Shown one piece after another: positions 22,759 to 35,925 of a stretch of 64,000 bases of DNA. Numbering within the stretch: position 1 is the first letter of the stretch; each line of letters begins with the position of its first letter. This DNA is from Asterias rubens (lineage: Eukaryota), in the NCBI RefSeq assembly GCF_902459465.1, contig NC_047071.1, positions 12,214,001 to 12,278,000 of the forward strand. The letters run 5' to 3'. The notes below the pieces were generated by a model. It was not told the origin of the DNA, searched no databases, and worked only from the letters and a program-made list of their open reading frames with translations. A program made the position numbers and the translations under genes.

Positions 22759-25242
22759 GGACCGCTAATTGCCTTTTAGGCTGATTTAATTGCCATGGGA
22801 TTGAAACGGAAGCTGAACGCTTTCATGTGCTGGGAATGTGTTATTTAAATTCGGACACACGCTGAAATAGAGCAAGGGAGCTGGGGGTTGTTTCATGTGT
22901 AAATGAATGCGCTGGGTCCTACTTTCTAGTATGGGGCGTGAGTGATCAAGCGATGCATTAGATTTGCAGTTACAGAGTTTTACGGAGCTGGGAATTTAAC
23001 GATCTGAGGTTCTGTACTCAATTTCAAATTGGTACTCTGTACTTTCTGTTTATCATTCTAAGCTTACAGGGTTGAGCATGCAAAATTGTAGTTTTTTTTG
23101 TGTTTTTTTTAAAGTTCAGAATGCCACATGTTCTCGTACAGAGATGCATCATCTCTGCATAAATATTCAAGAAAAGCAGTACAAAAAGTACATGTAGTCT
23201 TGGCGCAAGACAATGTGAATCGTTGCAGTTCCTGCCTTTAGCCATTGGGCTTGCTCGGTGGTCTATTGGTAAGAAATGGTAACTGGTACTAAGCACAAAA
23301 TCGGCAAAAAGCAGCTTTATTAAATTGGGTCCAGGTCTGTTACTCTACCTTGTTCTGTGTGTGAGTTCAAATTTCTGTTGAAAACCCATTATTCCAGCAA
23401 GCCCACGCAGGCACAGAATTTTCTGCCACAGTGTATTTACATGAACCATGTACCTACTACGTTAAGTGTTGATTTAAAATAAAAATTGGGCCCCTGTACT
23501 TACAGAAGAATAATATGAGGTAACTTACGTTGATTGTATTTCACTTTTCCTCGTGAATTTTTCTTGTATACCTAGGGAGCCACTGCATACTTGCTCAGCT
23601 AATGCAAAAATATTTTGCGCTCCTTCCGTTAAGGAACGTGGAAAACAACGCCCGAAGCTAAGAATGTCCTGTTTAAATGGCAGAGTGAAATTGGCCCTTG
23701 GTCCGTTGAACATTTGCCACAATTTACATGAACATGTAGATTAAAGGCATGCTAAATTGACTGACAAGTAGGGGTAAATGTTTAGAGAGGTAATTTTAAG
23801 CTGTTTACTGGGAAGCTTGGTACTTTGTGGAGGGTCAACATTTCTAGTTCAGTCTACAGGAAGGTTTTGGGTTAAACTTCCACCAGAGGTGCCATTTGCA
23901 AACTTGTTTTCCTGCAGGGTTAAAAAAATACATAGAATTGTCATGCTTGTTATTATGTTCGGCATAGTACAATTTATAATAAGGTCTGCGGTAACTCCAT
24001 GTACAGATGATAATCTCTAAATGAGGCGAGGTGGCTCTGAAAAGAATCGTTGGTTTCTGCTCGCATCTCGATCTCCTACTCATAGTACACTTACTAGTCT
24101 TATGTAAATTAGGAAAAGTAATACCGTCTTATAATGCTGTAGCGTGAAATAATCCACAGTTCTCCTTTAAAATAAATTGTATTTTTTAATAAACAAATTT
24201 TTTGGACCATCACGCCTGCTCCTCCCCGAACTTGCGCAAGTTTTTTTGAGAATTTCCTGAGTGTGGAAATGGCCCAAAGTGGAGCCTAATACCATTGCAC
24301 TTGCACACTTAAAAAATGGCCAGGCAGCTAAATATGCCCAGAGATGGAGATAAAGAGAGTCACTAAAATAAAACGGGGTTCACAGAATTGTTTCCTCTCT
24401 TGTCGTTCATCGTGGACGCTAAGTGCTTGTTAAAACCACATTAGTGCCTGCATACTACCCATTCACTTGTTGTCCGGGAGAGCTTATCGAATTGTTCTGC
24501 ATGCATACTGAGTCACCGTCAGTGCGGTTAACTTCAATGGAATGCTTCTAGGCCAGTTTTGATAAAGTGTGGGTTGTACTCCGTTTTTTCCCCCTCACCC
24601 TTCTTCTCTTATAGTTTGGGTTTCCACAGGTGATGTATATTTTGTTAATGAAACTTGGCAGTTGAGATGAGATATGGAGGAGTTTGGTTAACTTACGGGA
24701 TGAGTCACGGAAAGAAACAAAAAACGTCGCTCGGATTTTGTTTTAATGAGAATCCCTTCGTAGGATCAGAGATTTAGCGTCGATAAAAATGATGAGAAGA
24801 AAAATCAAAATTGGTATTCTCGGTGGAGAAAGACAATTTTAAAGCCGGACAGTGGTTTCCTTCATGATTATTTCTCAGCAGAAGAATGGAGTTAGTGAGG
24901 AATATTTTAGTTCTGCATTAAACTTACAATGCGTCCGCTTATAAAAAGTTCTTTACTGGAGTTTGTATGGATTTGATAGAATTGCTTTTGAATATTTTGG
25001 TCTCCAAAGTATTTGGTAAATTGTAACATTCATTTTCTTAGAAAATTGCTATGAACGATCTTAGCACAACAATCTTATACTAATCAAGCGAATGTGTACT
25101 GTATGCCATTTGAGTTACTTTCTCCATCACTTGACACTTGTTTACCTTCATAAATCTATTGGGGAAAAAGAAGACTTTTCTGTTGTAGACTGCTTACTAA
25201 CCAAAGGGACCTATGGTATGAATATCAAGATTTTATTTCATT

Positions 25243-25510
25243 TCTTTTTATTCATTCTGGTTGTGAGGCCAAGGGCTCTCAGAAAAGCAAACTTAATCTC
25301 TGTATTAGCCAAAAGCCCAAATGGAGAGAAGACAAGGAATAAAGTTTCAGTTTTATATGTGGAAAGAAAACCCTAGAACGTTTTTCCAGTGAGGGAAAAC
25401 CCACGCAGTCATGTAGGGAGGGGGCTGAAAACCCAATCTACGTAGTGCCCCAGGTGTGATTCGAACTAGGGGCTAGAGGTGGAAGGCGAAGAAAGATACC
25501 ACTATGCCAA
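25243..25510 (-). mobile_element. Near full-length tRNA-derived SINE with V-domain-like body
   Basis: The minus strand reads TTGGCATAGTGGT...AGTTCGAATC...CTGCGTGGGTTTTCCC...GGGTTTTCTTTCCACAT...AATAAAAAGAAA. Confidence 0.7.
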
Positions 25511-25883
25511 GGGACCCTATTGTTTTTAACATGGCTTCTCATTCCAACCCAAGCAGAAGATTCTCATATTGAAAATGAGAGAAAAAGGTTACTTAGTTTC
25601 AAGTTACATCTCGCTATGGTTTTAAACACAAACCAACAGTTATTCACATTGTGACAAGTCATATATTATTTGCATCTTGGATATTAAAATCAATAAGTCA
25701 TGGAAGGATGGATGGTTATTATCGTTCATGTTGGCAGTGACACTGATCAATCAATATTTTTCCTTTTAACAAAATTTCCCAAGCTAGTACCTCAAAATTT
25801 GAAACATTTGAAATTCAAATGGTATAGAAACATGTATAAGAGATAAGCCTAATACTTGTAAAGGCAATGCACACTTTTTATGG

Positions 25884-26260
25884 TTAAAGCCATTACACAC
25901 TTTCGGAACAGAAAACAAAAATAAAAGTTCACAGATTTACAAATAACTTACAGGGTTTACAGAAGGTAATGGTGAAAGACTTCTCTTGAAATATTATTCC
26001 ATGAAATGCTTTACTTTTTGAGAAAACATTAAAACAATTATCAATTCTCGATATCGAGAATTACAGATTTATTTTAAACACATGTCATGACACGGTGAAA
26101 CGTGCGTAAACAAGGGTGGGTTTTACCGTTATTTTTTCCCGACTCCGATGACCGATTGAGCCTAAATTTTCACAGGTTTGTTATTTTATATATAAGTTTT
26201 GATACACGAAGTGTGGGCCTTTGGCCAATACTGTTTACAGAAAGTGTCCAATGGCTGTAA
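25884..26260. mobile_element. Kolobok-type MITE (TTAA-AGCCATT...)
   Basis: TIR AGCCATTACACACTTTC versus reverse complement AGCCATTGGACACTTTC; TTAA on the left and GTAA on the right. The internal GATGACCGATTGAGCCTAAATTTTCACAGGTTTGTTAT segment is shared, inverted, with 63877-64000. Confidence 0.75.
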
Positions 26261-26297
26261 GGGACACCTCTATGAGGGGGACCAGGGCAATGACCAG

Positions 26298-26541
26298 GGC
26301 CCAATTTCATAGAGCTGCCGAGCACAAAAATTTGCTTAGCAAGAAAATCTCTTCCTTGGTAAAAACAGGATTACCAAACAAATTACCGTTTGTTGCATAT
26401 TTTGTGTTACTGGTACTCAGCTGTTGTTAATACTTTACCTGAAAATCACTTGGAAATTTGGTTGGTAATCCTGTTTTTATCAAGGCAAAAAATGTCATGC
26501 TAAGCAAATTTTTGTGCTTAGCAGCTCTATGAAATTGGGCC
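26298..26541. mobile_element. Complete PIF/Harbinger-type MITE with CAG target duplication
   Basis: ~45-bp TIRs GGCCCAATTTCATAGAGCTGC...TTGCTTAGCA, with CAG at 26295-97 and 26542-44. Confidence 0.85.
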
Positions 26542-26608
26542 CAGGTGTATGGAGGCAATGTGCTGTACAGTACCTACGCGAGAGCGCGTGTGAACCAAAT
26601 ACGAATCG

Positions 26609-26752
26609 AATTAATTTTTGTATTATACCAATGTGTATATTCTGTATTAAACACTGTGTACTCAGTACTCTCTAGTTTGGCGAATACACGGGCAAATCAC
26701 TTAGGTGGTATTCGAACCCACAACCTTTGTAGAGCAGTTATCTTACCACTAG
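26609..26752 (-). mobile_element. tRNA-mimic family A copy (degenerate)
   Basis: The minus strand reads CTAGTGGTAAGATAACTGCTCTACAAAGGTTGTGGGTTCGAATACCACC plus a tail resembling the 6935 arm. Confidence 0.55.
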
Positions 26753-28715
26753 CTTTTAAAGATAAATTTGGGTCACCTTGCAAATGCCCAAAATGTGTTT
26801 AACACGTAGTATGAGGATACTCCCTCGTAAAACTTTTAATTGACATAAACTGACTTTGATTATACTTGCTGTTTTAATATCTGAAATAAAAAATTGTTTA
26901 CTCTCTATTACAATCAATATTGTTTATATCTGGTGGATTGCTCTTGATCAAGAAATCTCATCACTTCATTTATAAACGAAAAAAGCATTTGTTTATTCGC
27001 AGCTTGACAAAATACTGATGATTACGGTTATGTTTGTCGTTGTGTTTGCCATCAGCAGCGGGGGGTTCGTAGAATGTACATGAAAACTGTTACATGTACG
27101 CAGAGGCATTACATTTAGCGCACACCATACACAGCTGTGAAACAGCTTTACCTCAGGTATATAATTAAGTGCAGTCTGCTGTAGTTAATTACATCCCAAG
27201 GTTAAGGCTGAGGCTGGCAAAAGAGAAATGAAATGTCTCTCCTCTGAACTAAAGGAGCAGTCTAATTCAAGTAATATTCATGGCTTGAGGACATTGTTAA
27301 TATCGGGGGAAAGCAAATGGGGTATTTTTTTTCTCTGTAATTGTTTATGAGCTAATCAGGTAATTGAGTTGGTACTGTTATTGAGAGTCTGGAGAAATAT
27401 CTTTTATTTGAGTTGATGTGATCCTTGAGAAAAATCTATATGATAATTATTCTCTTTTTCTACCCAAACTTAAATTGATCATCCACGGTTTAATGTTTCC
27501 AAGGTATATAAGTACATTTTTCCCTCCCCCACCCCCCCTAAAACGAAACAAAATTCATGTAATATGCTGGAAAAAGAGGGTTGGTAGGTAGGGGGAAAAT
27601 GATAATTAAATTAAGGCTTTTTTTACATTATGTGCACACACTGTCACAGAATGAAGCCTATTGATCACAAGGTGAAGAAATTTACATGCAATTGTTTTTT
27701 TTATTTACTTTTTGTTGGAAGAGAAATAAAAGAATTCTTATTTCTTACATGTTATCAATATAAACCACAAGGAAAACTTACATTTCATGAAATCTAATTT
27801 GAGTCATCTCAATGTTGTCTGTGCACACCCTTTAAACGGATTACGATTAGCAATTCATGACATGCTTATCAGGCTGTTAAACTGCTGTAAGGGTTCAACC
27901 TCACAAAGTATAGGGAGAAAACAGAGTGTCGGCCTCATTAATAGTTTGTAGGGCCCTCAAAATAGTCTATATTAGAAAAATTTAAGAGCCAAATAGAGGG
28001 GGATACAGTGTACAAATTTTACATAATTGTGACATGGGGGTTGTTGACTTCCAACTTGAGGTATTTTGAATGACCAAGACCCTGAAAAAAATTGTCCTTA
28101 TTGCCAAGAGGTGAAGGGAAATATTTCAAGAGTGATGCTCAGATATTTGGAAAATGACACTGGTGTCTTTATCTGGAGGGATAACTTGACAGTCTTTGGG
28201 ACACCCCATATCAAAGTGAGCGGGGGATAAAACAGTCAATGAATAATTTCCCCTGTACTTACAAGATGCGAGACTTCTAAGTATTTGTTTGAAGTATTTT
28301 TGAATATTTATTTAGCAATTTATGCTGTATGCTATGGAAGTTAATTTAAAGGGGTGCACTCATTACGAGCCTTAGGTTTCAGTTTGCCCATCATGTAATG
28401 CTGATATAAATTGGCCAATTAACATTTTAAGGAGATACATTATGACACTTTGCTCTCCAAGGAGGTACTTATAGGAAAGTTTTGAGCTGTAATTCTTTTT
28501 GAGGGGGACCAAGCACATGAAGACTTTTTTTTGGAAGAGTATACTGTGATCTATAATAATTTGAAAATTTGTGGGTGCTTTGGTCTTCGTGCCCCTGGTC
28601 ATTACCTTGGTCAAAGGGCTCAAATTTGTCAAAATTTTGAAATTACATTCCCAAAGTAAATATCAACATATATTAGATAGGACGAAGTACATGTTTAAAA
28701 ATCTTGCTTGCTTAG

Positions 28716-28790
28716 GAGCACCGACTGGAACCCACACTCTACTGATCAGAAAAACCAGAGCCTGAGTCCAGTGTGCTTGACCCCTCGTCC
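28716..28790 (-). mobile_element. Head fragment of the tRNA-Leu-like SINE
   Basis: The minus strand GGACTCAGGCTCTGGTTTTTCTGATCAGTAGAGTGTGGGTTCCAGTC matches 16569-16620. Confidence 0.6.
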
Positions 28791-31700
28791 GCTGCACACC
28801 ACAAGTGTAACGATAAGAACGTGATGGATGTCATTTTGAGGCATTTGCTTTGGATGCACTAGGTAAATGAAAGTCTCAAATTCCCACAGTTCTTAAATAA
28901 ACCCAGGGAGAACAGGAATTTGAAATTCATGAATTGCAAAGTAGTTGCTGCACTGAGACGCTACCTTGAGAGTAACAGAGAAGAAAAAAAAGTCATTGAC
29001 AAAATTGACGTCTTGTCCAGAGTGATGAAAAATATTCATACTGATTTAATTCAGCGTAACATGTAGCTTTTTATATATTTTATTGTCATACTTTTCCATT
29101 ACGACTGTACTCATTCCCCATTATTTTTTTCAAAATTGCATATTAAATTGTCAAAAAGGAATTCTTTATTCCCCCCAGTAGATGCATAATGATGAATGTA
29201 ATTACTCAATACGAAGCTGTGTACACCAGCGAACAAAAGCGAGCGCTCCAATTAACTAAAATAGTCTCGACTGGAGCTTGGAGTCAGAGACCCATCATAT
29301 GATGAATGGCCAAGGGTGGCCCTGAACGTGGCGGACTGAAAGGACGGAGTTGACAATAGGAGACAATAGAGCAATGTTCAGTTTCCTGTCAGACAGTACT
29401 CACTGTACGAATCTTTCCTTTAGGGGAGGAAGAGACTCCCAAGGTTGTTGAGCTTGATTTCATACATTACGACCATCTCCTCTTGCTCAGCCTTTGTTGA
29501 AATCGTTTTTAGGTTAACTCTCCTCCTCGAATATAATTTTTAAAAGAACATGTAAATAAATCAATAGCTGCAACCAATGGCAGTCGGCCGAGCTGAAACG
29601 TGAAATGGGCATTTTCCATAATTTCCACACTTCATTGACAGCGCTACAGTGACAACCTTGACAATGACACACGCCTAAATTACGCCACAACCAATCACAA
29701 TGACCCCTGTACACATTCACAAATCCCCATTCAGTGATAGTGAGAAAGTACTTCTGTAGGTATATTATGTAAATATTTGTGGGCAGTGGCGATGTCTTTG
29801 TGAAAATATAAATGCAGCCTCCAAGTTTACTTTAAATTGTTGTAGACGGGCACTGAGGTCAAATTCAGTTTTGTGATGCACTCAGTTTCCAAAAAGAAAG
29901 AGTCATTATTGGGGGAAAAAAATTAAAAAATCAAGTCTCAAAACTGCTCCATTTTAAAATGGGGTTTCCTTACCGCTTTGCCTGATTGCATTTTTACACA
30001 ATGAAAGATCAGGAGTGTTAAAAAATGTGAAAAAAATACTGCTCATTTTAAAACAAGATGTTCTCACTGCTTTTCCCTTATGCTTTTTTTACACACTGAA
30101 AGATCGGGTTCTGAAAGTCTGAAACAAATTCAAAGCAGTGTGTCAGTGGGACATCTTGAGATATTTCCTTCTGGCCTTAAACCATTCTTGCTAACAATTC
30201 TTGCTAACATTTCTGTAAAAACATTCCCCAGTAATATGTACATACATTTAAAACACTAAACATATTGTGTACATACGTGTCTGTGTAATGTGTACTTGAA
30301 AGATTCTTGAAACCTCTGCAAATTCAACAGAAAGGCTCTGTTTGTAGTTGCACTTGAAGCTGCAGATTGTTTATTGTGGAGCTTAACATGCCGTCCAGTA
30401 CACAAAGTAGCTACAGACATACCAGTTGAAGAGGGCCCTTTAAAGAATAAATTTGGTTTTAACGTCGTCCTTAAGACAACATTTCCTTGACTTCTTCTGA
30501 ATGGATCTTACACATTGGAATTCTGCAGTATTCAGAATCAAGATGATAATGAAACGGTGGAAAATTACCACCTCTTGTTTTTTTTTTAATCGGCTCAGAA
30601 TCGGCCAAATGAGAAGAAATTTGCTGATGAGGTGCTGTAGTTTTTGTGAAATGAGTAAAACAATTTCACAAAAAATTACCTTTGTCTCTCTGAGACGATA
30701 ACTATTTTAGCATGTACATTGGATTTATGCAACTCTGAAAACGATGTATCGTTGGAGAGTTAACTTCTGATATCTTGAAAACCCCAAACTCAAGCGATGC
30801 AGTGGAACTGCAAAATGTGAATTTATTCTTGAATTTGAATTGACAACAGGGTTCTCTCCATGCCCAAGCTTGCATATTGGGCTGATATGCCCTTGCATGC
30901 CGTTTTAAGCACAACTTTTGGCCAATGAAAAACATTTGACTGTTTGTTTTAAATATATATTTATGTTAATTTTTAATTTCCTGAAAATCATCCAGAGAAA
31001 ACCAGATAGAATGCCCCAGATTGCACAGTATATCTTTCTAAGCAAGATAAACGCCAAGTAGAAAACATTCCGAAGACCCAATACAGCGTGCTTCAGCTAA
31101 ACATCCACAAATTAAGCTTCGGAATGCCCCCCAGTTTTTAAAAATCCTACGGAGAACCCTGGACAAGATATGCAGCGGACAAACAAGTTTGAAATCCATG
31201 GAGATATAACCTGTGAGAAGACCTGACATGCTATCGACTTTAATATGCGGAAATGGCTATTTGCACCTGCTCCTGCGGTGACATCTGTATGCTCTGCGTC
31301 TAAGTTCTCGTTTAGCTTGGGGTTATGCACACATTCATTTGCAAGAGACGACAAAGAGTGCCGTCTCAAAGGTACGACACAGATTGGTAATGACTGGAAA
31401 AACTTCTATGAGATTTTTGTTATTTATCTGTTAGCTTATAAAATGTAGTCCACTGCAAGTTGTCATGTAAAATTATTTCTGTGTCCTCTCTTTTAAACCT
31501 ACTGTGTGGCCATTCAATGTCATTTACTATGGTTTTGAATGATACATAAACTCTGCCAGCCTGCAGTATGATAGTAACTTGTGATTAATGCATCATAGTC
31601 AACCCTCCTACTGTCTGACCATTTAATGTCAACCACTATGGTTTTTTGAAAGAAAGATAAACTGTGCCAGCCTGCAGTTTGTTCAGTGCATATCTACTCA

Positions 31701-32488
31701 ATGTGTGTGCAGTTCTGTGTGTGTAAGTTGCACTGCCATACAGTACTCATGAAGTTGAATATGGCTGTTCGACTCCCTTGAAATTGTTACCAAGAAAAGA
31801 ACAGTTCATTGTGAGATTTGTTAAACTGTTGGGATAAATTGATCTCTTCGCAATTTGTTGCCATGTTCATATTTCTGTTAATCCTACTGATTTTATGATC
31901 AACCTTCAGCCACCATTTGTTCTCCTTTGTAGCCCCTTGAAAGGAGTTTCTCTTAGCCATGTTTGGAGCAAACTTGTATAAAAACAGTCCACAAAAGGCA
32001 CTCTTTCACAAACCAGCGATGTGTGTTATTGCTTTAAACATGTCAAGTGGAAAATGTAAGAACAAACCAAAACAAAACCACTGGGTAACTATTCAATGAA
32101 CAGGCAGCACAAATTGTACATCCACCATACGCTGAGGAGAATTGGTTGTTTGTGTCTGAAGAAGGTTAATTTCTCCGGGACGTTCTAGCATGTTTAAACA
32201 TTTAGGAAACACATTTGCCCAAGCCCCTGGGGGTCGCATAATTAAGAGTTAAATGCAGTACGTGTATGGGTTATTGGCATGTATGTACACAGCAAGTGCA
32301 TTGGAAATGTACACTACTTATGACATCCCTTCCACCATGCATAGATCAAGTACAGTATCCTTTGCTCCATGTTTGTGGGGTTTTTTTCATAGAAAAACTG
32401 ACATTTTCAGCAATAATTTCTCACTACACATGTCAAAAGCTTGTCAACTCTCAAAGGTAGGGTCATAGATTGGCAAGTACTGGGATGA

Positions 32489-32870
32489 TTTAGCTATTCC
32501 ATCAAAGATGTGTCCTTATAACCAGCAATTTTAGACATTATGAAAATTTGAAATTTGCTAGTTAGTGATCCTAAACATTTATAAAGGACAAAAATATATG
32601 TTAAAACTTCTGTTAAATGCAAACATTAAACAATATTTTCAGCAACACTTGTATGTTAGGAGAAAGACATTTTAGCTATTCCATCAAAGATGTGTCCTTT
32701 GTAAAAAAAATAGTATTGGTTGAATAACAAGCAATTGCAGCCATTTTGAAAATTTGAAATTTGTTAGTTATTGATCCTGTATATTTAACAAAGGGACAAC
32801 ATCTGTTATTATACTGTACCTGTCGAATGCAAGAACCGTTTCCAGCAACACTTGTTTATTTTGATTTGTA
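32489..32870 (+). repeat. Degenerate two-copy tandem repeat (period ~182 bp)
   Basis: TTTAGCTATTCCATCAAAGATGTGTCCTT at 32489 and 32671; both copies share TGAAAATTTGAAATTTG and CAGCAACACTTGT. Confidence 0.75.
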
Positions 32871-32873
32871 TGC

Positions 32874-33982
32874 TGTCGCAGAGTGGACCCTTGCGCCAGT
32901 CAACTCAGACCAATATCATACATAAAACACAGACACAAGAATGGAACACAGTGACACCAGATTAGAAATAATAAAGAAACTACAATTTAATAGAAGTACC
33001 CCACAATAATTTAGCTTTAACAATCTTCCAGTTTTGCACCTTTACATTCTCCACAGCTTAGGGCAATCCGTACAATATGAATTTCATGCATAAGTAAATA
33101 AGTTTACATTCAGACTTTAATACAATGAAAGTTCCCCTAAATAAATAAACAAACAGCAGAAAGGCGACATAGAGTTTGTAGTACGGCTGATTGAGTCTCG
33201 AGAATAAGTTTTCTCAGAAGAGTGGACCCCCGTCCCCTTGTCACCATCGGTAGCCCCACGTTAGTTTCCCGCTGAAGGTTGACCACGCCCCAGAGGACCG
33301 TTCAGACCAAGTTTGGTTTAGTGTCACGGGAACTCCTGCAAATGTTACATTAGGAAGCCCTTTACTACAAACAATTCTATTTAAACCCGGTAAAGCTACG
33401 CCTTCACAAATTTCACAATGGCCATACCCAAAAGATCAAGTAAACAACAACAATAGAATCTTTTAGGCAAACAATAATCAACTCTTTAGGCAAACAATAG
33501 TCAATGGCTGCATGCATTTAAGAACAAGGCACATTTAGTGAATAACCCATGGCTTGATTAAATCCCAGTAAAATTAGTTTAAAGTTACTCACAATGCCTT
33601 TGGCTTCGACACCGCTTATCCTTGGCTCCGAGATTCCCGGGAGGATTTGCGTTGCTGATGGGGCTTATAAAACACCCGCCGGACCCCTACCCGTGCTAGA
33701 CGGGTCGACACGACACAGCCTCAACGCTGGCCTAGCTGTCCGCTGGTTCACACCCAAACAGTACCCTTCTCAGCACCCGCAACGCAAATCTCAACCACAA
33801 TATAAAATTCCTTTGGTTTTATAGTGCACTCTACGAAACCCATTACAAAGCATCCCAAATGCATGACGGGACATTCCAACCATAGGGAACCAAACAATTA
33901 TTGCCCCTCCTATGTTATGCCTATAACAATGCACATTAACTATCAGCCATTTAAAGAAGTAATTTTCCCACATACTGTTACA
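32874..33982 (-). mobile_element. Probable solo LTR (~1.1 kb)
   Basis: TGTCGCA...TGTTACA termini, with a minus-strand TATAAAA (~33816-33822) and ATTAAA (~32986-32991) in LTR-like order. It interrupts the second copy of the 182-bp repeat. No clean TSD. Confidence 0.45.
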
Positions 33983-35608
33983 TTAGCGCAAAGAAAACAA
34001 ATAGCGGATGTGCCCAAAATCCTTTGCAATATTAACTGTCATTTGGCAGTTTCTTGTGAAAGAGAAATTAATTTGGAAATGTCACGGGTCGGTTTGATTA
34101 AAAACTAGAGGATTAGGATGTACAAAATTGCCAGAAAGAAAAAAGAAAAAAATGCATTTGTATTCTCCACGTTGTCCAACAGAGCGCTAAATTAAAAATT
34201 ACCATGCGTGTAACCATCCAATAGAAAACATGACATGCAAAAGTAATTCAAGTCAGAATCTGCTTTGGATAGTACTTTGTGAAACTGTGTCTCAGATCTG
34301 TGACAGGTTGTGTAATTCTGAAACTTGTTCAAATTTTTGTTCAAAAGTATACCTTTGGTGTTTCGAATACTTCAATTGTTGGAATCCTTTAGGCCTATAA
34401 AGTGTATACAATAAAACTAACATGGGAAAATTTAATTTCAAAAGGTGTACCGTTTTTGAGATATTTCCCAAAAATCTGGAGCGATTAGATCCACACATGA
34501 AGAATAATCTGTGATTGGAATACACAGTCTGGAAGCATTACTGCAATAACTTTTCTCAGATTGAAATTTTTGAGGCATGAAAACTGGCATCGTTTTACAT
34601 TTATAACAACATTACTTCGAAGCGAGTGAAATGTTTCTCAAAATGCTTTATCCCATTGAGAGCTGTTGTAGGCTTCTAACCAGGTCATTAGCAATAATGA
34701 GTTTTTAATTATAAAATATGTTCTTTCGGATAGACACTATAACATGGGTTTACGGGCAACTTGGGTTTTGCCAGAGGTCAAATCAAGCGTGCTAATTGCT
34801 CTACACGTGGTTCGTTGCGCAGTCATGGCAAAAAATTAATAGAACTCCTCGTGTGCTGCATGCGCTATTTATGCATAATGTTTTGTTGTTTGTTCCAAAA
34901 AATTACTGTCATTGTGCCGTCTTTATGCTGTGTGCCCTCAAATGGCAACAAATCTTGTCTCTATTTGTCACAAGACTGATTTTGTTGTTAACGTTGCAGC
35001 AACAGTGCCCCAGAGTAAATCTCTGTTTTTCAAGAAGGAGTGTTTGACACATCAATCTTTTTTTCAAATCCCTAATGTTTCTTACAAGTCATTCCCTCAG
35101 GCGTGTGATTCGTCAGGATTATTCCAGATTTTGAGAAACATTTTCTGCAAAAAGGCACTGACAATGCATCAAGGGGCGAAAAACATGCAGTCCCAATGTG
35201 TTAAACCTCTTGGCTGTCAAATTTGTGTCATGTTGAATCTGCTCTAAAATGTCACACTCAGGATGTTTGAGGGGGTTTGGAGTCTCTGAGCTGGAGCACC
35301 AGTGTTCTGCAGGCCCTACGCTAGGTTCCCTAGGACCCACTGTTTTGTAGGACCAATGCAAGTAGGACTTAGGCATAAGTATTCTGTAGGACCTAAGCGC
35401 CAGTGTTTCATAGATCTGATTGGCCACTGTTTCATTTATGTAGCAGCAGTGTTCTTTTGGCTCTAACAAGTCACCAGTGGTTTGCATTGGTTTGCAGGCC
35501 CCAGTGTTCTGTAGGCCCGAGGCATGTATTACATAGACCCAGTAGCCCAGTGACCAATTTCATAGCGCTTTTAACTGATTTATTTTTGACAATATATTTT
35601 ATTTAAAT

Positions 35609-35925
35609 GGAGGCACATGTACACAGTACTTCAGTGCATCGTCAACTTATCGTAAATATTAAATGCACTTTCTATTCGCATATGAAATATGACCTATGAA
35701 ATCTAAGGGAGGCACATACACACAGTATTTCAGTGCATCGTCAACTTATCGTAAATATTAAATGCACTTTCTATTCGCATATGAAATATGACCTATGAAA
35801 TCTAAGGGAGGCACATACACACAGTATTTCAGTACATCGCCAACTTTACATAATATTAAATACACTTTGTATTAGCGCACAAAATATGACGTATGAAATC
35901 TAAGGGAGGCACATGTACACAGTAT
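35609..35925 (+). repeat. 99-bp tandem repeat, ~3.2 copies
   Basis: GGAGGCACAT at 35609, 35708, 35807 and 35905. Confidence 0.9.

Noticed and set aside
22907-22943. Alternative first exon MRWVLLSSMG with perfect phase-1 GTGAGT donor
   Set aside because: Only 10 codons, preceded by an in-frame stop; too short for a signal peptide.
23778-23870. Signal-peptide-like ORF start MFREVILSCLLGSLVLCGG
   Set aside because: No phase-1 GT donor after the hydrophobic segment.
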